Assembly (NCBI GenBank): GCA_965202585.1
Contig: OZ241833.1
Coordinates: forward strand, 44,392,001-44,456,000
Direction: 5' to 3'
DNA length: 64,000 nucleotides
DNA from: Thalia democratica
Taxonomy: Eukaryota
Of the stretch, positions 26,601-36,953 are shown in pieces. Under the pieces are notes generated by a model. The model was given only the letters and a program-made list of their open reading frames with translations, was not told where the DNA came from and ran no database searches. Within the stretch, counting starts at the first letter, position 1, and each line of letters starts with the position of its first letter. The translations under genes were made by a program, and so were the position numbers.

Positions 26601-29600
26601 GTAATAGTGAATTTGTGACGTAACAGAGATAATTATTTTTGTTATTGTTGTGAGCTCTGGTTGGCTAAGTACGTGTCATTATCTGTTGTTACGTAATAAT
26701 GATCGATTAGTAGTAATTTATTATCTATGTTGTAAAGGTGATGCATATTGGTTATAAATGATAAGATGCAGGCAAGGATTAAAAAACTGGAACCTTCTCT
26801 TAGTTTAAATAATAAATAAAAAACGTCGATTTATATTTTATAGTTTAATTCATTAAAATGTACACAAATAATTTATTTTACTAGGCTATTATACTTTACT
26901 GTTTGAAAATTCAAGAATAAAATATTGAAAAATAAATTTAATTAGTTTTTGTCTAGTCACAATTCGGTGCTTTATAAGCACAATAAAAACCTAAAACTAA
27001 TTAAGTGTCGTAAAAACTATTTTATTACAAGATTATAAAAAGATATTTGTAGCATTAAACTTTCAATTCTCCTTGATTTTTAATATTATTTTAAAAGCGC
27101 AATAAAAACTTTACGACTTATTAAGCGTTCAATTTATGCCCAGGCAACGCTTGAAACTAAACTATTTTATCCTTTTAAATTTTAACAAAACTTTTGTTTT
27201 CTTTTTTAGATCAAAACTTTTATACTGTTATTAAATTTTTTAATAAGTAAACAAAATCAAATAACTATTTTGATAGACTTTAAAGTTATAGTTCATATAT
27301 TTTTAAATACATTATATTTAATATAATCTATATAAACGTAAAATATTATGAAATCCTAACCTATTAAGACAAATTTAATTGTAAAAGCTGAAGATTTAAA
27401 AGTTATAGTATCTTTAAAATCTTTTAAAAGTTTTAGTTAATCTAACTTTTAATTTTTACTAGGTACCAAAGTCAAGCAGAATTTTCAAACGTAGCACAAA
27501 AATTTGTAATTACTCAACATAGTATTGCTTTAAAAACTTTGAAAAAAACTTCTAAAAAAGTTATAGTTGTAAAAGCTGTTCATAGAACTAAAGTTTTGTA
27601 TTCATAACTAAAAACCAACATGTGCAAACAATATAATTTGCAAATGAATATTTTTTATTGATTTTTTAGTTTAAAACAAACTTGTAATTGTTCAGGAGTC
27701 AGTCCAGCACAGTAGTCTGGTGCATTCTCAGTTTTACAAGTAGGATTTTCAATATCTTCTACCTTCCAACTCTCAATAACCACTGCTGAGTCGTAGTTTG
27801 GTTCAGCTGTTTAAAAATAGATATGTTGTTGAAGGTTTTTTACAACAAGTATTTGTAAATCAAATTATTTTTAAATTAATTGAAGTTTTATAAGTATTAT
27901 ATTTTGATTTAAGTAAGTACTATTTCAAGTATTGCCATAATATACCTTAATGTTGTTTATCAATAGCTTACTATGCATTACAACTAAGTTTAAGGTAAAC
28001 TTTTTAATCTAATACTATGTTTGGACTTTAAACACTAAAAAATTTCAACTGGGCATTGTTTATTTTTCGTAATTTGTTCAAACACTTCAATTATTTTCTT
28101 AAAAATCATACTTATATACATAAATAACTAGTGTAAGTCAGCATATTATAAACAAATACAGTCTGTAGCTTTATCGTATTTTTAATTCCAAAATCTTCAA
28201 TATCATTGTGACGTCACAAACTTTCTCCTTTCGGCACGTAGTCGTCCTTCATGTTTCCGTTGAAGTTTCCGCAAACTCCGCACAAACCTCCCCTCAAACT
28301 CTCGTCGGTCACCTTGATCAGGAACGAGTCGAGTGTGACGTCGTAGTGGATCTGACCGTGTCGTGACGTGATCAGCGTGACGTCACTGAACTGCGGCTTC
28401 CAAACGCTGACGTCGAACTCGACGAAAGGTAATGCTCGTCTGTGACGTAAAATTTGATTCTTATGATGCAAGTTATGTCAGTAGTTTGTTTTGGTCTACA
28501 GTTAAATTTTGTTATATACAGTTTTTTTTTTTTGAAAATCATACAACATTATACTGCGTCAAAAAATTAGTTCAATTGTTTAAACTTTTATTATTATATC
28601 AATGAAGTCTTTGTGATCTGAAATTTGAAAATTATATATATATATATATATAGTATAGAATTTAAAGTACTTTACTAAAGTTTATTAGCTTGTTTTATTA
28701 AAACTTTCTTCATAAAAACTAAGTTATGTCAAGCTATTCAAATCAAAAAAGCAGCTGTCAATCAAAACATCTAACTTTTCATCGTTTACAAAAACTCCGT
28801 TCCTTCCGACACGGATCTCATTATCTCCCAGCATCAACTTCACCTCCGGACTCTCACCGTCGGGAAATCCCATACTGACCATAAAACTTCCCTCGCTGCA
28901 ATCCCCAGTTAATTGGTACTCGCACTTGCCATCATGCTCGAACCTTGCACCGTCGTAGCTGATCAGGGAATTTCCCTTCCACACGGCGCACACATCAGTG
29001 CCACCTTGCGGCCACGCGTCGATCACGTCTGTGATGCCATAGTTGAGTTAATATAAAAATTATGTTGTGACGTCATGATTAAATTAGTATGAAATTTTAA
29101 AGTGCTATAATACGGATGAATAAAAGCTTCTTGCAAATTATAAAAACCTCTGAAAATTTAACGCTGTTTTAGACGGCTTTGCTAAAGACAAATGCCGAAG
29201 TACTAACAAATGCATTCATTTCAAATTGGCTAAAAACTACACCACCGTATGTCAACTGCACTTTCGGTAAAAGGTATATAACCGAAATTATATAGTTTTA
29301 TAGACCAATGTGTTAGTTAGAATACTAAGAAACTAACGGTTTTGACACTGGTCTCCTTCGTACCCAACTGGACAAGAGCATTCGTCTTGAGCAACGCAAA
29401 CACCTCCGTTTTTGCATGATTTTGAACAAGTAACTGTAAAAATATAAACATAAGTTTAAGTAAAATGTATGTTTTCAAACTTCACGTTAACATTATACTT
29501 TTTTACCTCCGTTTTTACATGGTTTTGAACAAGTAACTGTAAAATTAATTTAAATAAATCAATGATAAAAAAACTTCCGATTTTATATGGTTTTTTGCAA

Positions 29601-32600
29601 GTAGCTATTAAAATCAATTTAAAATTAATTAATTTATACACAAATACCACCGTTTTTACATGGTTTTGTGCACGTCACTGCAAAAATAAGATTGTAATGT
29701 GTAATTTAAATTTTAACAAAAGAGTGCTTAATTAAAGAAAAAGCTCCATAGTTTTTGAGATGCTTTACAAATCTTTTTCTTTTCAAAATACATTTTAGTT
29801 GACATAAAAATAGGTGTAAAAAATATATGCACTTTTTAAATTAAACAGACTTAATATACAAAAACATAAATTTATGTTTAATATTTGTTTTCAAACTTCA
29901 CGTTTAACATTATACTTGTTAAAATTATCAAAAATTTATATTATAAAAGAAGACTTGATTAGTGGTTTTACCGTTTTTTTATAAGAATAATAACAATTTA
30001 CAAAAGTTTTGTATGTTAACTTATGTTATTTCAAATTTTAAAAAAATAGGTAATGAAATTTAAGCTTAGAAATAACATTAAAAAACAAACAGACTAAACA
30101 CACAAACACATAACTCACAAGAACAAGCATCATAATTTGCAGGTTTGTCACATTTTCCCTCGTACGGGTTGAACACCATTCCTGATTCGCACTTCCTGAG
30201 CTTAACTTTCAGGTCTGAGTCGCACTCGTGGTAGTGCTGGCAATCGTACGGGATCTCAATTACCTGACCCGATTCCTGACATTGCGCTGTTTGGAAAAAG
30301 TATTTAAAGTACTTAAAATTTTACTGATGTTATGCAACGTAGGCTTTTATTTTTAGTTTTCAACGCGTAAAATATGATTAAGGCAAAACTTTTCTTACAA
30401 TATTTTATAAGTTTATTAAAATAGCCTACAGTTATTGTGCTGTGAAACATATAAATGTAGTATTAGGTATAGAATGTAGATAAAAATTTTGAAAATGTGA
30501 AAGATTATCACTTCAATAAAAATAATTCGTGACTAAAATTGCGTGTAAGTATTAAAATTCCAAGTAAAGTGTTTTGTGCCGTCAGAAAAATACTTTGATA
30601 TTAATTAAATAAAATATTTTACTGAAGTTGTGAGAATTTTGTTTTGAAAGCTTAAAATGGTAAACCGCGAACAATTACATGAATTTATTTCACCGCTTTC
30701 TCCGAAACTGATAAGTTGCTTCGTCCGAGCAAAAGTTTAGTATTGATGTTGAGCTACAGCAAGGCTAACCACAAAGCTGATGTGAATTTTGATAAGCTTA
30801 ACGTATTGAATTGATTTAAATCCTTAATTCTCAAAAACCAAAATTTAAAAAGAAGTTAAAACTAACGTGTTTTTTGTTTGATGTGTTTTTGAAAACTTTA
30901 AATCCAAGTGAAACCGCTTTAACACATAAAATTGCAATTTGAACCGGTATTTCCATAAATTTAAATGCAAATCATACAATTTACAGTTTAGCAAAAAAAT
31001 TTAATAAAAATACTTTGCACATTTCGAAATACGGAATATATTTTTCAACAAAAGTAAGCAGTTACAAATAACAAGTAAATGTGGAAGCGGCATTAAATAT
31101 TTGCTTATTTTTTATTTGTCAACCGGGCGTACCCAGCTACAACACAATGAACTTGAAATATTTTCTAGATTTTTCTTACTTCTTAACACTGCAATACTTT
31201 GTGAATAAAATATTTTTCAACGTATTCTGACGGAGTTAAATGTTAAACACACGCGGAATTAAGTGTTCTATTGTATGAAGAATTTGTAAAATACATAGAA
31301 CTAAACTGCTTGAATGTAACTTTATTTTTACGCAGGTTTTATGTATGAACTCACCTACTTTACTAAGCATTAGTAAACAAAAACTTATTTTTGTACTTAA
31401 AATATTTTCTTTATATAAAAGCCTTATCAGTTTGTGCGCTTTAAACAAAAAAATCTTGTTATTAACCACAATTTACACAGAGTTATACTTAAATGTTAAG
31501 TAGCAATAAAATGGCAAAAAAGTAAGACTGTATACAAAAGAATATTCACGGGGTCTAGACCTGCTTGGTTTAAATTAATTTTTAACTTCATTCTTGTCGT
31601 TTTATAGTAACTTTAATTTGCGGTATTTTGTAGTTAAACCTTGTTCATTGTTTGCTTTAATTGGTTTTTGAACTTAAAAGTTCTTTCTGAATATAAAGCA
31701 CAATTTTAGATAACACTAAGTAATTAAAATTTATACAAGAATAATTCAACGCATGGAATTAAGTAAAAGTTAAAAAATATCAATCACAAACAACGAATCT
31801 ACCGAATCTACTTTGATAAAAAAGCGAATATTTATGATTGAAACATGTTTTAAAATTTCTAAAAAATGGTTTTGTTTTATAGTACTGAATAAAAAGTTTA
31901 ATTTCATAAAAAAACTCACAATCGCAAACGGCGAATCTTCCCTCGAACGATGATGTTTTTGAGCACCAAGAACCGTCAACAATACCGCCATCAGTGGTAC
32001 AGGTGTAGTACAGTTCACCGTTGAACTCGAATGGAAACACACACTCTGGTTGCCATGCTGGAATAGTTTGTTTTAGTTGGAAGTGTTTATAACTTTTATC
32101 TGCTGTACAAGCTGTTAATAGAATTATTTTTTTTATTACGTAACTATGCTGAATTGATAAGAACGAAAACTAGCGTTCTGATTTTCGTGCTAAAAAATTT
32201 TTAGGCCGGTTTTAATTTTTTCAGTTGTATTAGTGTTCTTTGTAAACTATAGATGCAGATTCAAAATAAAAAGTAACAGTATATAAAAATGTATGAACAG
32301 AGCGAGATTTTTGATGTAAAAGGGTGAATTCATCATAGCTTATACTAAAATATTGTTTAGCTCACAAAATTATTGGTTTAAAACTCTTATGCTTAATTCT
32401 TGAATCATTAATTATTTAAATTACGATAGGTTCAATTTAGTAAAAACAGTAAAATAAAATTTCCAAACTATTCTAAACAAAGAACTATTTCGGAACGTTT
32501 AAATAAAGTGAACTATAAAAATTTTAATCAAACATTGTTTATAAAGCTTTATTAATTTCAGCCGTTTAGTATTTTCAAGTAAAAAAACACTTTTTCACAA

Positions 32601-35600
32601 AACTTTTAAACCTTATTGAAGTTTTATTGTATATAACACCACACAGCAAGATTAAAATATATGTAAAAACTAACGAATTTGGCAGAAAGCTCCCTCGAAA
32701 CCGTGTGGACAGCTGCAAACCCCTGGTGTTGAACAAAAACCACCGTTTTCACAATCGTGCAGACAGAATGCTGTTAGAAAATATATATAATTATATTTTT
32801 TATTTTTGGTTTATGTTTAAAGTTTAAATAGTGAATATATACCACAATGTAGATAGACAACGTAAGTATAACCATTAAATACAATTAATTTCCAAAACGT
32901 TTTGACCTTGAAAGAAAAGCTTGTTGAACGTAAAAAAAACTTAAAGAAAAAGTTTATAAGTAAGCAGTTAGGCTGATAAAACAATACAAGTTTAAGAATA
33001 AAAGTTTTATTTTAATAGGTGTTCAAAATACAAACTGACCCATTTCGCAAATTTTTCCGAGGTATCCTTCTGGACACTCACATGTATCAGGACCAGTACA
33101 AACACCACCGTTCATACATTCAGTTGTGCAAATTGCTGTAATAAACATATAGAATATTTTTTAAAGTTGTAAACATTTGGTATATCTGATTACGATATTT
33201 AATATTTTAGGAAAGTTTTCCGTAAGCTGATTTAAAAGGAAACTTTGAGAGTAGATTGTAACCGTATGTTTAACATAACTACATGAGCATCAATGTTTAC
33301 ATACACTATATGTTTCATATAAATAATAAATAGTTATACATATATAAAAAAATACCAACCAATAGAACAATCTTCCCCACCATATCCATGATTACATGTA
33401 CAAGTATTTGGAGCTGAACAATGTCCATGCACACAGTTTTGCTTGCACTCGTCTGAAAAATGAGTGAGTAAATGTATTAACTAAATAAAATTTAAAAATC
33501 AACTAGCTATTTAATAAACTATTTTACTGTATTATATTTTTCTTAATTTTGTATAATAATTTTAGAAAGCATAACTAATGTTGTGATACTTATTCATGTT
33601 AAAAGACCTACATCAAATGCAAGCAAGCAACTTTTTAGAATATAAAAACCATATTAGATTTAAAATGTATACACTTTTTAATTCAGAAAATATATAAAAC
33701 AAACATTCATCGCAAGCATTGCCACTCCACCCATCCTCGCACTCACAAAAATAATAAATAATAACAAATAAATTTATATTAAAATATAATAAACAAACAA
33801 ACATTCATCGCAAGCGTTTCCACTTCATCCATCCTCGCATTCACAAAAATAATAAATAATAACAAATAAATTTATATTAAAATATAATAAACAAACAAAC
33901 ATTCATCGCAAGCGTTTCCGCTCCACCCATCCTCGCACTCACAAAAATCCCCCTCCACGCATTTCCCGTGCACCCCGCATCCGGGACTGCATGATGCCGA
34001 GTGGCTCTCGCTGTGCGTCTCGTTCTGAAACTGCGTCTGCCAGTGGACCTCCCCGTCGCCGATCTGAATTTGGGATGAGGATTGAGATCCGCCTGTGTGA
34101 AATAGTTTGTTTTTGGAGACTGTTTCTTAAAAAAACAAAAAAATTCAAAACAATTTGTTACCATACATTATAGCTTAATTTCACAACCATAAAAAACATT
34201 GGATTCTTCTTTTATATGTTGTCTCTTAAGTTTAAACAGTAAAGTTTAACAGTCTATTAATATCCACTGTAAAAATAAACATGTACTGTGGTTATAATAG
34301 CTCACCTCCGGACTGAGACTGATGTTGACCCTGTGATTGACTTCCGCCTCCGCCAACTTGAATCTGATGTTGACCTTGCCATGACCCGTCACCAACTTGT
34401 CCTTGCGACTGTTCAATTAAATATTAGAACTTTTTACAAGTTTTGGACAGATTCAATTAACACTGGTAGCATAAAGTATAAAAACCTCGGTATTTTGTAA
34501 AAACTTCTAAATACTTAGTTTTAATAGTCGAGTCTACATTTAAACAATTTTTAAAACACTTTAAAAGAACATAAATTGAACATGAAGTTTTTTATTAAAA
34601 AAATATTGTTACCTGATGCTGTCCTTGCCATGAGCCGTCCCCGATCTGAATCTGTCCCTGGCTCTGCGACTGACCGCCGTTGCCAGCAACTTGACCCTGG
34701 CTTTGGTGTTGTCCTTGCCAACTGCCTCCACCTACTTGAACCTGATGTTGTCCCTGCCAACTTCCTTCTCCTCCTACCTGAACCTGTCCCTGATGCTGTC
34801 CTTCCCATCCTCCCGTGCCGATCTGTGCCTGGCTCTGGTGTTGTCCTTGCCACGAGCCTCCTCCGACTTGGACCTGTCCTTGGTTTTGGCTCTGGGACTG
34901 TCCCTGCCAGTTGAGACCCCCTGAAATCTGGTGGCCGCCCAAGTTCATCTCCCCGTTCACTCCCTGGTCCATGTCGAAGTTCCAGCCGAACTTGTGACCG
35001 GATGAAGAACTTGAAGAGGAACTAGAGCTAGAAGAATGTGAGGATCCTGAAGAGTGAGACGAAGAACTGCTGCTTGAATGAGAGCTTGAGGAGTGGGAGC
35101 TTCCGGAACTGCTGGAGTGTGACGAGGAACTCGAGCTGCTGGAGCTTGAAGAATGGGAACTTCCGGAACTGCTGGAGTGTGACGAGGAACTCGAGCTCGA
35201 GTGGGAACTGGACCCTGACACCGAGCCGGAGTGGGAACTGGATCCGGATGAGGAGCTGGAGTGTGAGCTTCCGGAAGAAGATGCGTGTCCGGAAGAAGAA
35301 GAACCTCCGGTCATTCCCCAGCTGCCTTGCACCTGCGCCTGGTGTTGAGAAGATCCTCCGATGCTTCCTTGAACTTGAGCCTGGTGCTGGCTCGAACCTC
35401 CCCAAGATCCCTGCACTTGTGCTTGGTGCTGTGAGGATCCGCTGTATGAGCTTCCTTGATGTTGAGCTTGTACCTGATGTTGGTTATCGTCTCCTCCGTA
35501 GTAAGAATAGTCGTGCGAGTTTCCGTTGCTGTAATCCCACAAACTTCCTCCGAGGTTCGAGAAGTCACTGTGTAAATTTATAAGAAATATAGATAAATTA

Positions 35601-35998
35601 TAACAAGTTTTATAACAGTAAAATGTTTTGAAAGAAGATTTTATTTAGGTATCTAGCACTTTATTACCTCGACCATTTCTTTTCGATTCTTTCTTTGTTT
35701 TCTTCCGCTTTCTTTTTTAGGTTGCCTGATGTTTTATTAATTTTAGCAATAGTATTTTAAAATAACAAAAAAAAAAAACTTACATAAAACAAACAAGAAC
35801 TTTTCGAATAAAAGTTAAATTAAACCTTTTTAAACTTTAACAAACGTAGCAAAGAAGATGCTTTATTGTAAAAAGTAATATTTAGTATAAAAGGCTCGTA
35901 TGTTTAATAATAATTTAATTCTAAAAAAAATATTTTAAGTAAAACTAACCACTTGTAGCCACTACAAGGGCCAATAAAAATAAAACTTTTTTGTCCAT
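2628..35998 (-). CDS. Giant secreted VWF/gel-forming mucin-family protein (~4,490 aa, 54 coding exons): SP-LCR-EGF4-FN2-CBM14-EGF-VWD1/2/3-short PTS-VWD4-VWC array-CTCK-Thr-rich/SG domain-CysD-acidic tail
   Basis: Exons reconstructed by hand with GT-AG ends and consistent phases (5' to 3'): 35950-35998, 35668-35725, 34613-35567, 34306-34408, 33901-34092, 33360-33452, 33040-33135, 32675-32770, 31920-32057, 30119-30286, 29338-29433, 28776-29028, 28222-28439, 27682-27806, 26302-26524, 25784-26018, 23556-23739, 23075-23240, 22671-22771, 22318-22446, 21877-22043, 21503-21621, 21045-21276, 20505-20707, 19956-20170, 19532-19693, 19118-19258, 18690-18830, 18223-18456, 17557-17785, 17067-17269, 16548-16761, 16155-16288, 15778-15885, 15315-15522, 14849-15036, 14341-14500, 13750-13958, 13279-13465, 12789-13013, 12410-12546, 11982-12191, 11477-11701, 10926-11147, 10329-10509, 9800-10021, 9415-9551, 8821-9045, 8255-8479, 7617-7938, 3762-7435, 3329-3505, 2874-2987, 2628-2672. 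Starts [17 protein letters not shown] (signal peptide), ends ...[11 protein letters not shown]. Motifs [23 protein letters not shown], CxGxC...CSCC and WxxW are typical of MUC2/MUC5/VWF relatives. Confidence 0.92.
3612..3660. repeat. Short intronic tandem repeat (AATTAAGTGTTTAAA x3)
   Basis: Read directly. Confidence 0.8.
3891..4157 (-). other. CysD (WxxW) mucin domain
   Basis: [10 protein letters not shown]...ETF...[11 protein letters not shown]...[12 protein letters not shown]...[11 protein letters not shown] matches the CysD consensus. Confidence 0.9.
4158..7304 (-). repeat. ~1,050-aa Thr-rich (PTS-type) domain with 21 acidic SGSGSG motifs
   Basis: Read directly in ORF 3753-7400: degenerate TTTT(E/V/A)A repeats punctuated every ~40-55 aa by E(2-4)SGSGSG(SG)(E/D). 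Confidence 0.95.
7305..7731 (-). other. C-terminal-type cystine knot (CTCK), located internally
   Basis: [40 protein letters not shown]|[43 protein letters not shown]: 11 Cys in the MUC2/VWF CK pattern, split by intron 7436-7616. Confidence 0.88.
7760..13465 (-). repeat. VWC-like Cys-rich array built from a duplicated ~6-exon cassette
   Basis: Exons 13279-13465/12789-13013/12410-12546/11982-12191/11477-11701/10926-11147 pair with 10329-10509/9800-10021/9415-9551/8821-9045/8255-8479/5' part of 7617-7938 by phase, size and sequence (e.g. VCNYD...[17 protein letters not shown](E/Q)ETDCCPEY; VPDDVCC). Confidence 0.85.
13750..16761 (-). other. VWD4-C8-TIL assembly
   Basis: [16 protein letters not shown]...EGLCGVCNN, C8 ([14 protein letters not shown]...[10 protein letters not shown]), TIL ([10 protein letters not shown]...GCFCPEG). 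Confidence 0.88.
17557..20170 (-). other. VWD3-C8-TIL assembly with MUC2/VWF-type dimerisation cysteines
   Basis: [14 protein letters not shown]...GLCGDFDG; [18 protein letters not shown]...[15 protein letters not shown]...CSWKYEPCG closely parallels the MUC2 D3 C8/TIL region. Confidence 0.9.
20505..23739 (-). other. VWD2-C8-TIL-TIL' assembly
   Basis: [14 protein letters not shown]...[11 protein letters not shown]8 ([13 protein letters not shown]...NWRNATVC), and two TIL-like modules. Confidence 0.88.
25784..29028 (-). other. VWD1-C8-TIL assembly
   Basis: [14 protein letters not shown]...[11 protein letters not shown] (VWD, no GDPH), C8 ([13 protein letters not shown]...WRSDEFC), TIL ([18 protein letters not shown]...GCFCPDG). 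Confidence 0.85.
29338..29433 (-). other. Fifth EGF-like domain exon
   Basis: [30 protein letters not shown], phase 1-1. Confidence 0.85.
30119..30286 (-). other. Chitin-binding peritrophin-A (CBM14/ChtBD2) domain exon
   Basis: [54 protein letters not shown]: six Cys spaced x12-x5-x10-x12-x8, with a G(M/L)VFNP motif. Not in the ORF track (too short). Confidence 0.8.
31920..32057 (-). other. Fibronectin type II domain exon
   Basis: [40 protein letters not shown] matches the FN2 consensus CxFPFxYxGxxYxxCT...WC...C. Confidence 0.85.
32675..34005 (-). other. Four EGF-like domains (one per exon)
   Basis: [28 protein letters not shown]; [27 protein letters not shown]; [28 protein letters not shown]; [28 protein letters not shown]. 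All exons are phase 1-1. Confidence 0.88.
33697..33950. repeat. 98-bp tandem triplication spanning an exon 3' end and donor
   Basis: ACATTCATCGCAAGC recurs at 33703, 33801 and 33899. Confidence 0.9.
34010..35567 (-). other. N-terminal Gln/Gly/Ser/His/Trp low-complexity region of the mucin-like protein
   Basis: ORF 34595-35542 plus exons 34306-34408 and the start of 33901-34092: QHQAQVQGS(W/I)GGSS x3, a long S/H/G tract, and GSWQGQHQ repeats, all in frame with the signal peptide exons. Confidence 0.85.
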
Positions 35999-36873
35999 CC
36001 GGACTAATTTCCTATCTAAAAAAATGTTAATCAAATTACTAATGGTTTATAGATAAATTAAAGTTAAAATTTTTCTAAATTTCAATCTGCTTTTTTTTTT
36101 TTAACAGTGTTTACTGCTTAATCTTAAAATATGCTCACATTAAACGTTTACTTGAACTTTTAGTTTAAATAAGTAAACAACATAAATAACAATTATAAAC
36201 TACTTAAACCTCAAATATATATACAACTTAAATATAATATAAATCTCAAAAGCTGCTTGCGCTACTTAAACCTACTACTTTTTACACTAGTAAAATTTCA
36301 TTTTGTTACAAAAAAAAATCTACTAAAAAATTCTGTTTTAACTATTTGACCTCTTAAAAAAACATTTTGTTTGAACTATTAACTTTAAACTTAAACAAAA
36401 TAAAGTACCATAAAGCATATGTTGTTATTGTTTCAAAAAAAAAACTATTGGAAGTCTCGTGTATATCAAATATGTAACGAAAAATTTCTATTTATAAATT
36501 TAATTTTCATAAATATTAGAATTATATAAACGCATAAAAATATTTGCATAACTTAAACAAAAGATATCTTGCAATAGACGTAATTTTTATTTTAAACTAA
36601 AGAAAAATCTTGCAGTAAATATGTTATATTGTTTTTAACCAAATTCTTTTGTTTTATTAACCTAAGAGTCTAAGAAACTAGAAGTTACGCACTTTTTAAA
36701 GCTAATTCTAAAGTAGTAAACTTGGTAAGCTCGTATAAAATTGAAAAATTTAATGTAAAAACTATACATTTTTGAAAAATTCTTTAATCTAAAAATCAAA
36801 AAACCTTGTAGTAGTATATACTTTTACTGTTTCAACTAAAATATCTTCGCTTGTCGAAAGGCTTCTTACTTAC

Positions 36874-36953
36874 AGCCCTGTTTAGCGTTTTACATTCAAC
36901 AAAGAATGGTAAGCTCACAACCCAACTTTTTATTTTATATTCCCGTTGTTTAC
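36874..36953 (-). promoter_or_regulatory. Candidate core promoter and short non-coding first exon of the mucin-like gene
   Basis: Minus strand: TATAAAA at 36939-36933, Inr-like CCATTCT with A at 36907 (32 nt downstream), donor GTAAGT at 36873, acceptor just upstream of the ATG near 36011-36015. A forkhead-type TGTTTAC motif lies at 36947-36953. Inference, no transcript data. Confidence 0.45.

Noticed and set aside
34551-35583. Overlapping ORFs on both strands (34576-34914, 35038-35583, 35028-35405 and others)
   Set aside because: Shadows of the Gly/Ser/Gln low-complexity exon.
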